From: Camelus dromedarius
Taxonomy: Eukaryota
DNA: 64,000 nt
Assembly (NCBI RefSeq): GCF_036321535.1
Contig: NC_087436.1
Coordinates: forward strand, 33,048,001-33,112,000
Direction: 5' to 3'
Of this stretch, positions 35,400 through 48,900 are shown one piece after another. The notes below the pieces were generated by a model. It was not told the origin of the DNA. It searched no databases and saw only the letters and a program-made list of their open reading frames with translations. Position 1 is the first letter of the stretch; every line of letters starts with the position of its first letter. The translations under genes were made by a program, and so were the position numbers.

Positions 35400-38200
35400 G
35401 CACCCTGGAAGGCTTGTTTCCATAACCCTAGTCCCAGACCTAGTGTTACCCTCTCTGTTATGACACTGTTTGGCAGGATTAACTTACTGAATGATTATCC
35501 TATTTCAGTGTACCTCCATTACTTGACTGGTCAGATAACCTCTTCCAGCAAATTTTCTTTTCATTCACTTGTTTTTATGGTCATACTATAGACCTTGTTA
35601 CTACCAAAGACTATACCACTTCCAAAACATAGATGTCAAATGTCCCATTTTTTATTAACTCTTCTAATTTTACAGCTCATTTTCTCTAATATTCTCACTG
35701 GATGAATTCTGCCTAATTGAGAAATTTTATGTTATTGTCTCCATCGTACTCTTTATCATGTGCTCATTTTTCCCTTTTCTATGCTCAGAGCCTGTTACTA
35801 AAATCGTTACCTTGCATGCACCCAGGTTTCCCCATCATCTAAATTTACCAACCCCCATCACGGTTAAACCTAAGTCTTCTGCTCCACACCTGTAACCAAC
35901 ACATGGACATGTTGAAAAAAACTGACCAATCACCAAGCAGAAAACTCACTGGACTGGTCTCATTTTTCACAGATTTCAAGCTTTGCCTCCATTCTGTCCA
36001 GCTGTTCTATTACATTTCCCTAGTCAATGTTTCCCTTATGCTTCAGCATTTTTTTAGAGTTTCTCCTTGTCCTACCTTCAACATCCATTTCTTGTTCTTT
36101 ACTCTCAGGTAATAATATAGCAACAGAACACAAACATCATCTTAATTTTTTATCTTTTAGTTTATCAGTTTCCCTGTATTTGTGCTCATATCCTCAGCCT
36201 TTCATTATGATGATGAACTGCTTCAGAATCTATTTAAGATCATTCCCTTGTTATATCCCCATATGTTATTTGAGGATTTTACTTTTGAATTGCCTCCTCT
36301 ATATCTTGCATCATCCATTTCTCCGTTTTACTGACTCAACCCATTAGTATACCAATATGCCATAATAATTCTGATTTTAAAAATTAAATAAACCTGTCCT
36401 TGACTATACATCTACATCCAGCTGTTTTATATTTCTTTCCTTCCCTTTAAAACAAAACTTCTTGAAAAGTTTTGTACTTGTACCGATTTTATACCCATAC
36501 TCAGGGATAGAATGAGTATTATAGAGTGGGAATTAATTACAGGAATTATAGGGGGAGAAGCTGGGAAACAAAACTACAAAAAGAGGAGTTGGAGAATCCT
36601 AGAAAAGTCACTGATCACTCTCCTGTAACACTGGTGTGGGTGAACAGGTAAGTCAGAGACTTGTGGAAAACCAGACATGTCCAGCTGCCAGAGTGGGGCC
36701 ATGAAGCAGAGCTAGAGGAGAAGTCCATGGAAGGGTACTGTCTCTGGACCCGGTGCTGTGTCTGGGATTGCTGTTCATCTGCAGGGCTTGCCAGTAAGGA
36801 AGAAGAGCTACATGTGGAATAAGAGAGTGAGGACAAGCTGGTACAGGTTGACAAATTTTGTTTGTGTCTTAAGACGTATAACTCAGAGAGTAATGGTTAC
36901 TGCTTCATTCTGCATGCAGATTTCTCTTTTGTTCCTCTCTAATCCAGAACCATACTGAGAATGGGTCTTGCAAAACATAGTTCCAGATTACTCAAGTTAC
37001 CCCAGTACAAGAGCATCACAACATTCATCATGTCAAGTTTTCCTGCATTTCATTGTTGCTTTAGTTCATTTATATAAACATTTTATTCCCATTGTGTCAT
37101 TAAGTAAGTTCTTATAAAGTTTATGTGTGAATTCATGTCATAAAATTCAGTAATTTCTTGAACACTGTATTAATTAATCTTTCAGCCACATGTGACATAG
37201 CTCCTGAAAGAATTCTTTCCTGTGATTCAGGGACATACAGGCACCTGTATTTCTTCCTTTCTGTTTGGCTGGATCCTTCCATTCTCCTTTGCAGGCTTTT
37301 TTCCCCTCTTCCTGACCTCTGTATGAGTGCCCTAGAGCTGCTTGCTTAGTCCACTACTTTTCTACCTACTATCATGCTATAGATGAGTTCACTAATTCCC
37401 ATTGTTTAAATATCATGGATAACCTGATACACATTCACTTTTATATTGTTAGCCCTAACATCTCCTCTAATTTCCAGACTTGTAGATATAGTTTCCCACT
37501 TGACTCCTCTACCTCAGGGTCTAACAGACATCTCAAACATAACATTTCCAACCAAGAACTCTTTATCACCCTCCTTAAATCTGATATTTTCCAAATTATT
37601 CCCATAGTTAAAGTACACTCTTTTTCCAGTTGTTAAGACCAAAAATTACCAGGTCATCCTTAGTTTCTTTCTTCCCTTCACTCTCTATATCCAACCCTTC
37701 TGCCTTTACTTTAAAAATATTTCCCTTAATTTGGTAATTTCTCCCTGTCTCCTCTTCTCCCGCCTTAGGATGAACTAGTACTACCTTTCAGCTCGACCCG
37801 TGTAGTCGCCTCCTAACATGTTTTACTGCTTTCACTCTCACCCTTTACAGTCTTTTCTCCACAGAGAAGTCAGACTGCATTTTCAAAAATGTAGATGGAT
37901 TTGCATTTATGATGGATTTCCACCATACTTAGTCTGACTCGCAGGGGTGCATAATGCTGCCTCATCTTCCCTTTTCCTACTGCTTAGAGGTAAGGCTCCT
38001 ACTACTCTCTCTTTTGCGTCCTTAGCTCCTACCATCCTGAACCAGTTGCTCCTCCAGCATATCAAGGTCATAATTATATTTTGGTTTTTATCCTTTTTGA
38101 ACCCTGATGCTCTTGCTCAACCTATCCTTCTTGAAACTTTCTTTCTTTTGATTCTGAGATTCCATTTCTTCTAGACTGCACATATTTTTTGGTAATATTT
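35400..38200 (+). mobile_element. Degraded L2 LINE body, interrupted by an LTR at 36479-37020
   Basis: 'tatagaccttgttactacc', 'ctaacagacatctcaaacataacatttccaaccaagaactc', 'gtcgcctcctaac...ctttacagtcttttctccacagag'. Confidence 0.65.
36479..37020 (-). mobile_element. ERVL LTR (MLT2E/F-like; subfamily uncertain)
   Basis: Reverse complement starts TGTGATGCTCTTGTACTGGGGTAACTTGAGTAATCTGGAACTATG. Internal 'ggagttggagaatcctagaaaagtcactgatca' and 'gtgaggacaagctgg'. Confidence 0.65.
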
Positions 38201-40334
38201 CTTCTGATCCCTTGGTTATGCCCTTTTATGTTGATTTAGCTGAGATTAGTTAAGGTAGAAATAGTACAGTATCAACTGAGCACCAGAAATCATGAGTAGT
38301 CTTGGGTGATCTAGTAAATTTCTATGATATAACTGTCCATGTTGGATAGAATATGATCCAGGAGATGTATCTTAGGCTTTTATGATATTTTTATCCAGAT
38401 CAGTGCCCCATGTGCCAGGCAAATTCTCTTGTCCTCCTTACTCAATAAAAACCATCATCACTACTGCAAGCTTTCATGAGCTGTTAAATTTGATAAAATA
38501 GTTCAACCTAAGATATTACAGGCTTGGTTATGATTAAATGCATCACCATTAACCCAACTAGGCAATAGTCTTAAATTTTATCATATACTTTCAGGGTTTA
38601 GCAGCAAAAAGTGAATGATGTAAGGATTTCATTCATTGTGGCAAAATTAATAGAGGGGGTAATTAAAAACATTTTTTATTTTGGAACCCTGTGGGTCTAA
38701 GGTTGATCTTTAAAAATTTTTTTTCTTTTTTAGATTCCCAGAACTAAGGAGATTATGGCATTTGGCTAGTTTATGGAAATAAACTTGACTTTGGGATTAG
38801 AGAAGGAGAGCCTCCATATTAGCAATAACAGTTTTGGGGTAATTAGATACTAGATACTTAGGTGTAAATGAGATTAATTTTGTTTTCCTATAGCACTGAT
38901 AAATACTGTTCCTATAAACAAAGATAGTAACATGTTTAAAATGATGGAATATCATGCTCTGAAAAGAGATTGCATCTTGCAAATCCATTCAATAGGCTAT
39001 CATAATGGAAGCTGCCTGCAATTATATTCTAAACATAGCAGAGTTCTGGTCTCTGAAAATGCATCTCCTACAGCATTTGCTTAGTCTCTGTGACAGCAGA
39101 GCAGCAGTCTTTTACAAACTCTCCACTCATTCTAGAAAGAACGGTGTATGCTTTGGCTTCTTAAACTCAAGTTGTTTCTGTGTCAGATTACTGCGTTGTA
39201 AATGAGCAGCATTTTTTTCAGCTATGGTCTTGTGGTCTAATATTAATACATTTTCACAATGGAAACCTGATGGATTAGATCATTTTCCTAGGTTTGTATC
39301 CTGAGGGATATCTAACCTATGTTGCTTGTTTTAATTAAATTACCACTTTTTCCATATGATTAAATGCCTGAATAACGAAGACTTGTGGGACTAAATTTTA
39401 ATGCACCATGCATTAATATAAGCAATGGGAGGAAACATATGATTTTTCTTTAAGTAAAATCTTTCAGTAGCAAATGTTTCACCTCCTCTCTTTTTTTTCC
39501 AGAAAAATGAGAGTTTCAGCACTGCAGAGCACCAACCAGTGGAGCCCCTTGCAGTGGTATACAATGAGTGGGAAAGAGCATCTTTGAGATTTTTTTTTTA
39601 GACCTTGGAATATGAAAGGAGGTTCTGAGTGTGGGCCATTATTTTTGGAGTAATGATATTGGCTGACTTCTTTTCCTACTGAAATAGGACAACTTGCCAT
39701 TCTTTTTCCCTCCGCACATGTCAGGTCTAATGTACATCAGCTAGGTAGACCTATCAACCCATCAATATGAATAGTCACGGGGTACGTAGTAGGAAAATTG
39801 TGTACAACCACTGTAAATTTCAGCACAGAAGAGCTTGTACAATCTTTTTACTTCTCTAGTATCATCATGATAGCCTCAAAGTCAAAAATAATTAGGCAAA
39901 AAGGGAAAAAATATATCTTGATTTGTACTTCAGAAGTGTTCCCTAAACTGTGGTTATTCAACTATAAATAAACCCTCTGAAACTGTGGTAAATTCTATGC
40001 ATACTTTTGCCAGAAGTTACTACATTTAGTTACATCTGAGATCAGTAAGGTGTTTTGTTTTCTATTTCTCTGTTAAATGTTATTTCTGATGTAAAATTAT
40101 ATACATTTGTTACCTTAGCTTGAGTTTGAAGAGAATATGAGAAGAAATGTAATATATTGGCAAAGTATTATTTTTTTAGGACACACTTAAAAAATTAAAT
40201 TCTAGCATCTTTGAATTCTAAGACTGTGGTAGTTTTTTTGTTTTGTTTTGTTTTTTTTCCTACTTTGAACTTCTCTGAAAAAAAATCAGAAAACAAAAAT
40301 TTGTTGGCACTTTTTTCTAATAACTTAGAATAAA

Positions 40335-40520
40335 GATATAGCATAGACTTTTTGGGTTCAAATTCTGGTACTTGCTAGCTGTATAGGTTGGGCATCAGTT
40401 TCTTAATCTGTGTAATGTGGTTATTAGTACTTACCTCACAGGATTATCCTGATTCAATGAAATGGTACTTTTGAAGGATTCAGTAAGTGTCATGCAGTAA
40501 ATGTTCAGTAAATGTGAGGT
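40335..40520 (+). mobile_element. MIR SINE
   Basis: 'tgggttcaaattctgg...cagtttcttaatctgtgtaatgtggttattagtacttacctcacagg...tgttcagtaaatgt'. Confidence 0.7.
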
Positions 40521-41797
40521 CCCCTTTCTTTTCTGTCTCTCTCTGGAAACTTCGACCTTGTGTGAGTGAAAAGGAAAAAAGAGAAAATTCTTTTTTGGGG
40601 GGGTTTCCTCCCCTTTTACACAAAGTATTTAAGGAAAATAGTATACTAGATTCTGAGATGGATAAAACACATGCATTTGGTTTATTAACTTTCTAGTTAA
40701 GAGATTTATTCCCTAGCTCGTTTAAATATTTTGAGAAACATACTGTTACATTTAAACATGAAATCTGTCTCCCCTACACTTCATGAAGCTTTTCCAGTTT
40801 CCTGTCTTCAAGTTAGGAAATGATGAGGTTGAAAGCATTCTGGCCTCAAGACACCGACATTTCTGTGCCGACCACGAAAGTTCATTCAACTTCTCATAAA
40901 TGCCTCAAGACCTTCAAATGCAAAACATTTGGGCAATAGACTTAGTCAGGGGACATAATACCAGCCTCCTTTGTTGTGCCGTTTGTCAGACCTTGATTTG
41001 TAGAGTACAAAGTTTCAAAGCTTGACTTTTCTTCTCCTACGCGGCATACCATTGAGAGTGTCTCATTCCCTGATGTTTGTATTCCTTTCTGCCCATGATT
41101 CACTTCCTATTCTGCCCAGCTTCGTATTGTCATAGTTATTGTGCCTGTGGTTTTTCTCCTCCTTTCAGACATTTTTTAGATTTTAGACCTGTAGGAAGGA
41201 AATACAAGGTCTGATTCATTTAAAGGAGCTTCAATTTATATTTTTGACAAATATTTGCCCCAAATAATATCAGTAGAGTACCATTATCTTAGAGTGTCTC
41301 TGGTCGGTAATAGCCTCAGTCTTGACCTCTCAGTATAAATAAATAGGCTCTCATAGTTTGTAACCATGGAGAAAGCAAAAGTTTACAAACATTTATACAC
41401 AGTTTTAAAGCTTCTCTGGAGGAAAATGGATGCAACTGAAGGGAAGATAAATTATCTTTAAAGATGTTTCTCAGATTGGATTGTTCTTAATAAATAACTC
41501 CATTCCACACATTTTCTTTCTTGGGGCCAAATTCTGCCTTTGGTTTGTTGGCTTGTTCTGTTTGCTCACAGAGGGAGGTCCACATGGGAAAGCATGTGGT
41601 TGCCTCAACTTTAAAGAATTTAGGAAAAGGAAAAACATGTATTGCTTTGAAGCTTTGTTCATTTCAATCAATGAGTATTTATTGAGTGCCTACTATGTGA
41701 TCATCACTGGTAGCTAATTAGAGACAGACACGTGGAAAAATTAGTGACATAGGACAACAGACATCAAAGTACCGAATGACTACACATTACTGTAGAA

Positions 41798-41997
41798 CAG
41801 TGATTCTCAACTGGGGTGATTTTGCCCTCCAGAGGCATTTGGCAATGTCTGGAGACATTTTTGATTGTCACAACTAGGTGCTACTGGCATCTTAGTGGGG
41901 GCTGCCTTTGTAGAATGTTTAGTAGTATCCTACAGTGCATAGCGCAGCCCCCACAACAAAGAATTACCTGGTCCAAACAGAGGTTGAGAAAGCTCCC
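41798..41997 (+). mobile_element. MER20 hAT-Charlie MITE
   Basis: 'cagtgattctcaactggggtgattttgccctccag...atttggcaatgtctggagacatttttgattgtcacaact...cccccacaacaaagaattac...gaggttgagaaa'. 8-bp TSD: ctgtagaa (41790-41797) / cagtagaa (41998-42005). Confidence 0.9.
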
Positions 41998-42573
41998 CAG
42001 TAGAAATGTCACAGGAAAGAAAGTCCATTAGGTGGGAAAGGCTTTTGCTTTGCAAAATTCTCTCAGACTATGATAATATAAATAACCTGTTAAAAATGTT
42101 CTTTCTTCTTTTTTGAAGAAGTTGTAAGATATGTGTCTGTTAATATCCTTGTTCTTGAGGAGTTGAAGTGCCTTCTGTTTGTCAGCTGGGCACCAGAGTG
42201 GTACTTCTTGTGTGCTTCTGAGTGTCAGGGTTTTCTGGAAAATGCTCCTTGAGTTTTGGCTTACAAGTTTTCCCTCCCTTGGGCTCAGATAGGTGTCCAC
42301 AAGAGTTGGTGAGATAACCAATGTCCATGACGCACAAAATTTTGTCTTTTCCCAAGTTTTCCTTTACTCATTCCAAAACTATCACATAAACAACCTCCAG
42401 GAAGATGTCCCCACCAATCCGTCATACTTGCCAAGATATGCTTGAGTACCACCAGAGGACAGAGTTAAGGCCAATGCTGGGATCCTTGCCACTTACTTTG
42501 GTGCTTGGTAATCCTGAAGAGAATCAAATGAGCTGAGAGAGGGTAAGGGAGAGTGGGGTATGGAGGGTGGGGG

Positions 42574-42635
42574 GAGAGAGAGAGAGAGAGAGAGAGAGAG
42601 GGAAGTGGGGGAGAGGAGAAGAGAGGAGAGAGAAG
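42574..42635 (+). repeat. (GA)n microsatellite and purine-rich tract
   Basis: Pure GA run at ~42574-42600, followed by an almost pure A/G stretch. Confidence 0.9.
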
Positions 42636-42839
42636 GCAGGCAAAAGGGATGGCACTTTGGACATCAATTCATAACTGTTCTAATGCCCCAGATCTTTTGG
42701 AACGTCTTTGATTTGGCCATGCTGTCCCTCCATGTTCTTTCTCTTCCTCTTCAGAGAAGAACTCCCTAAACTTCATGGAGGTTTAGGGGACCTTCTTACA
42801 TTCTCCCACACAGTCTCTGCATATATCTAACTGAGCATT

Positions 42840-42975
42840 TAGGTTATATTCATCTCTTCAGGTGTTCATCTCCCCTAACAGTCTGAAAACAATTTGAGGA
42901 TAGGTGCTGTGTAAGCTCCCTCTTCCTAGGACAGTGCCTGCTGCATGGTAGGCACCTGTGGAATTAATGAATAAG
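42840..42975 (+). mobile_element. L2 3' end fragment
   Basis: 'cctaggacagtgcctgctgcatggtaggcacctgtggaattaatgaata'. Confidence 0.55.
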
Positions 42976-45900
42976 CCAGTACCCACCTCAGTGCTTAACT
43001 GAGCTTCAAACAAGGAGAATACTTATGTAGTTTCTCATTTTCTGGGTTTGCTGGGGCTCCAGGTCTGCCTGATATCTTCTTCTTGGTGGAAGATGCTGGG
43101 AGATTTGGTATATTTTCTTATTTCTTATACTTATCAGTACATTGACAGTGCAGGATTTATTTTCTCTCCATTCTGTAGTCTCTTATTCTAAGTCTTTTTT
43201 CACAATTATTGTCTGTATTTGTATTGTGTATTTTCTCTCCTCATTGAATTGTTGGCTTCTAGATGAGAAAGATTACCTCATATCCTCAGTGTTTACATCC
43301 AAAATACTTCATTTCCACTAAGGCACATGAAAATGCCTGGAGTTGCAATATGCAAAACATCTTTGCTTCCATTGCCTTATGTGCTGAATGGTGGGCTTTG
43401 CTAAGAAGGGTGTCTTTTCTCATTAATACATGAAATTTTTCTTGCTTTTGAATTTTGGTCTTCATGGCTGAAAGACATGAGGTTAATTACATTTGAATTT
43501 TATTTCATAAAGAATCTATTTTTGCAAATGACTTATACTACAGAGTTAAGAAGTAACTCTCTGATATAAATGCTCGTATAACACTTAAGTAAGTGTATTA
43601 AGAATGACAACAAAGCTAGGTCTCCTAAGGCAGAACACCATGATCTAATAGTTTTTTCGTTATTCTGAGTATAAATGCAGAGAAAAATGAAAATGGGGGA
43701 GGAAAATGCAATAAAATAGAAGTTTTAGTGGGAGGGGAAAGAACTGTTTAAATGGGAGGTGAAAGAACAATGGGTTAAAACTCATGATAAAAGTTAGAGG
43801 TAAGGGGCAGAGATGCAGAAGGTGAGAATGGAGATTAAATGGCAGGAAGGGAGGCCCTCAGTGTGTTTATGCAAGGAATCTTCGGTTTCTTTCAACTTTT
43901 AATTTGGATAACAGAAAGATGAGTAGTAGACTCAAAACAGAGATCAGATTAAACGTTAGAGCAATTATCTCAAGCCTTTCGTCTCATTGCTACTCTGATG
44001 GAGAAATGGTTTCATGTAGGGAAAGGAATGCCATTCTTCACACTTGGCGCTGTAGTACTGAGTTATATTTACTCAGGCAAGATTGATTTTTCTCAGATAC
44101 AGCGTGGAATCCTAAGTGTGGGGTTTACGAGTCTCTTGTTCTCATTTTGATAAACTTAGTTATCATTAAGTAAACTTAAAAATTACTGACCTTTTTCTTC
44201 TCTCTCACCCTTTCCTTCTTTCTCTCTCTTTTTCTCCCTCTTTATTTCTCTCTCATTTTCTTCCTCTCTCTCTCTCCATGTATCTATATATACATTTGTA
44301 TGTGTATGCATATGTAATTGATCAGTTAATAGATTTTGGCAATTAGAGTGAACATACATCATCTGATTTCAAATAAACTTTTGAAGGCATGCAGACTGCT
44401 TTCCTATGGCTCCAGCTCTGCTCTTGCATTATACATTAGTAGACACATTCTCTTTCCCATGGCAGAATTGAGAATTGTAAAGTATACGCAAAATACTTGT
44501 GCAGTTTGTGATGGGCAACTGACAAGAGGGATTAAATCAGGAGGCAAGATGCTCTGCTGGAATTGACTGGAGTCACTGCTGTTGAAATGCCAGAGCACAG
44601 CTTGTGCGTTTTCCTCTCTCCTCTCACCACCTAATTGAGACAGGCGTTAATGCAGTGAAGAGTGCCAGAAGCAAAATGCCAGCTTTGTGAAACAGGAAAC
44701 AGATATATTCCATTATTATTATTATTTTTTTGGTTAGACTACTGTCTACGATAAAACAGAACAAATGTGGTTGCTGCTTTCCCTGTATTGCAATTATAAA
44801 CAAGAGGGAAACATGACATGAATTCAGTAGTTGAAAGCACCCCAAAAAATGTAAGGAAATGCAAGGCCCTGGTTATTCAGATAATAAGGGCCTCATTTGA
44901 TAAGTATAAGAGTTGAATAAAAATGTGCAGTGTACATGTGGTCTTCCGCATTGACTGATACTTATTGAAGGACGAGACATATTGATCCTCACATTTCACT
45001 AGTGCCTTTAGGATTAGGAGAGTGAGTTTTTCTCATTGTGTCAAACTGCTCTGGATGAAGTTCTCTCTAAAAGAATAGATTCCAATTATGGAATAGGGTT
45101 CAGTGTTAACCTGAAAGAAGATTGGATAGGCCAAAGTATCATCATTAAATACGATGCACGTAACATACTGGCTCATGTTAATTAGTCTGTCAGTGAAAAG
45201 CAAGGAGCTCCAAGTGACTGTGGGAAAGTGACTTGGTGATTTGCTATTGCTGGTCAGTCTCACAAAAGGAGAATTGTCTTTTGTGAAAAAGTAGGGAATG
45301 AGGAATCAAAGAATCTGTTTGAATTTGGATATGGTTGTAGTAAGAACAATGAGTAGGAGGAAATCTAAAACCTATCGGATTGATTTCCTGAAAATAAAAT
45401 TTGAATTTATCTCTGGGGTTCTGAAGAAGTCTAATAGTTGGAAGGTTGGTATTTTATCAGTGTAAACTGTTCTTTCATACTTACTCAGTTATTCAGGTGA
45501 GCGAATAATAAGATTTGGTGAGAAAGGAAAGAACCTACATTTTAAATACCAGAATCTGTTTTTAGTTCAGCACACAAAGAAGGCAGAACAGAATTATAAT
45601 AAACTGTGAACTTACTACGCAACTTCTTGCAATTTCTAGGTGCTGCTGCATGCACAGTACTTCCTGGGTTTGGACACGTGTAGATGTCATAATTACAGAA
45701 TAAAAAATTCAGTTATCCTAACAAATAGAAACTACACTCAAATAATATATCCTGACTTTTGTGATACTATAAAAAGAACTCACATGAGAAAATGGTAGAC
45801 TGAAATTCCCACACTATGGATCTGCCACAGACAAAATTTAATTTCCCAAGTTTTATTTTTTAGAACAATTAATGTCCATTCAGTGGCTAATGACCAAGAT

Positions 45901-48900
45901 GTAAAGAAGAAAGTAGAGTGCAGTTTTATATGAGCAGATATGAAAACAAAGAGCAAAGTACTTTATTCTGTCAATTGCTTTTAGTCTCTAGTGTGTTCAT
46001 GTTCTAAACAGCTTGAAATAAATGAGTTGCTGAATTCTTCATTGGGTCAAATCATTCCATTTTTTACCCTCCTGTCCATTTCTTCCTCTCTCCTTCTCCT
46101 TTCTTTATTTTCTTCCTCCCACATTTGTTGAGCAGCTAACCAATTCCAGGCATTTGGGTAGGTTCCAGTGACATAATGATTAAAATGATTTCCCACCTTC
46201 ATATTTTTGGATGAGTATAATGTAGCTGGTGTTTAGCTAGAAATCTCTTGGTCTGATGGGATTCTCTCCTTGTATTCCCCATTCTCTGGTACCACTGGCA
46301 TAGAATCATGAGGAGGCCAAAAAATCTTCCCTGTGAGTGTGAATGGACAAGTTAAATGTCTTTCCATCCCGTTGAATTCTTTCTTCTTATATATTGTTCA
46401 AATAATAGAAAAAAAAAGTTATTTTAAAATCAAATGATATGACACTCTTGGGTGCTATCTTGTAAAAGAGTTTCTTGTTTTTAAGGAGAATTTATTTGCT
46501 GGGCTCATGTTGTAAGCTAGAGGAGCAATCAAACTTAATATAAGTTGTTGAATTTGCTTTTGAAGTGTGTAGAATTTCTTCCGTCAAGATATAATGTCTC
46601 TATTCTATGACTGGTCTTTTTTGGCTACCATAAAGGGCTGTGGGTTATTAGGGTGTTAGGTGATGATTTGAAAATATGTTGTATTGAGAGTAGAATTCCA
46701 TCTGCCTCATTCAGTGATCTAATTGACTGTATTTCAGACCTTGCTATATTTTCTTTATAATGATCAATTTTTAACTACATGGAATGCTTGAATGGATGAG
46801 AATGGGAGAAATGCCTTTTTTTTTTTAAACTATTTTATCACTTTTGTGTGAGGTCTGTTAACATTTCTTTCCAAAATAGCTCCAGTTCTGACTTCCCTTT
46901 CATTTTATCCTCTTATTTTTTCTTCTTTTCTTATAATCCTCAGACCCTGACCATTTCTCATCTTCCTTAAAAGTGAAAAGAAAGAAAGCTTTAATGTCTC
47001 TTTAGCTTAGAATATCTCCACTTTTTTATATCTGTCTGGCTGTATCTAGTGGATAAAGAATCAAGATTTTTGTCTGCAAGCATATAATTCAGACTCTTCA
47101 TCTAAAAACAACAACAAACATCTCAACTTGATAAAAAGTAATTAAGAGAAGCACCACCACCACCACACCCCAGAAATGAGGTTGGTCTCTGTCCTTATTG
47201 GGAGTTACCATGGCTACTCTTTAGGGGGCAATAAAAATTTTATGGATGGATCATATAGCTTTTAAAGAAATTGGCTTTTAGTTGTAAAGGTTTCCTAATG
47301 CCATGCTTAAGAAATCAAGCCTGTAAACTGCAGAAAGAGTAAAAGGGAAGTTGTGAATGTGCTTGAGGAATGATTAACGGCATGAATGTTCTACTCTAGG
47401 CCCCCATGTATTCTCAGAAACAGACTTACAGTAAAGTGGATGAATATAGTTTGATTCTTTTTTCTATTTCTTACTGTAAGTTTTTTGTTTTGTGGATTGG
47501 GTGGGAGGGCATTTTAGATAGGGAAGTGATCTAAGGACTGAAGTGAATCTTTTAAGTATCGCCCTGTGAAGTCTGTGCTAGTTTGGGTGGGTGTGAGGGG
47601 AGAGGGAGGGGCTCCTTACCAGGTGGAGATTCTCTCCAAGAACAGGCGGGGTGAGCAGTTGGGGCTGTATGAATGGCAAGTTGGACTGTCTTGGAGTTCA
47701 GTTTGGCACATGTGTAGTCAGCTGGATTGAAGTTTTTCTTGCATTTCTGTGTTTTTCTAGCCTATGGTTATGGGAACAATGGGGCTACAAACACATGTAT
47801 CTGCTCGGGGAAGTAGGATGATTCCCATACATAGAGTAGGGCTGGAAATCTTTGTGTTAAGCTGTAATCAGAGGGAAGAATTATTTATGGGTCACACCTT
47901 CAGGAGCAAAAGCATGGAATGAACTCCAGAAATCAGGTTTAGTCTCAGAACTACAAGGAGAAAGGAGAATGCAGTAGTTAGGTTAACTGGAGTATCTAAC
48001 AGTTGTATTTTTGTTAATAAATTGGCATTCTAATATTTTAAAAAAGGAAACAGAAATTAGGCTTAGTCTGGACTTTCCAGCCAGGATATCATGGCTGGTT
48101 TAAAGATGTGACCTGTCCTTGGTCTCATTTATCCCATTTTTCTGAAACTCAGTGTTTGAGTGGATGAATAAGGTGTAACTTTCTTCTAAGCAGTGCCTTC
48201 TCAAGAAGGAGGCATGAGGTATTCTACTATCATTATGTTCTGTGTATAGTGGGCTTGGGCTAAATTATGGCAAGAAATCTGCGGATAGATCAGCTTACTC
48301 AGGTTTAGTTGTCTGAAAGGTAAAAACTGGCTTCCACTGAAGTGTTTTTTGAATTCTAAGTCTCGTAGTGTATATTGGCCTGGTACCTTTCTTCAGTAGA
48401 CCTGATGAGATCCTTTGGGTAATGAGAATGCAGAAATATAAATGTTACTGTTGTAAGAACATCTTAACCACCTGGGTCACATTGCGCTGATCAAATAATT
48501 TTTTTCCATTCTCTACTGAGGGATGGCCTTATAAACAATGAATTAGTTTTGAAATAGTTTGTTAATTCCTATTTTTTTTGGTCATTTTATAGATTTAAAG
48601 CCATTTCCAATGACAATATCAAAGAAGATGTACTGTGCTAATAAGCATTCAGTTCTGCTTATTTGTTTCGGTGGTACAGGATGCTATTGGTGATAGGGTT
48701 CTGATATTATATGAGGGTTTCTAGTACCCACCTTATTCTTATCAAGTCCATTCAAAAGAAGAAATGATATGTAATATATCATACCTGTTAATACTTGTTT
48801 GAACATATTTTTCAGGTACACATAATCTGTGCTTTGTAGAGTAGTGATTTATGTAGTTGGATTAAGAAAAGGAGGTTGTTCAGGGCTTAAATGCTCCTGG

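Noticed and set aside
39480..39601. Strong + acceptor opening KNESFSTAEHQPVEPLAV...
   Set aside because: No good donor follows and the frame ends in a T-run stop; typical pseudo-acceptor.
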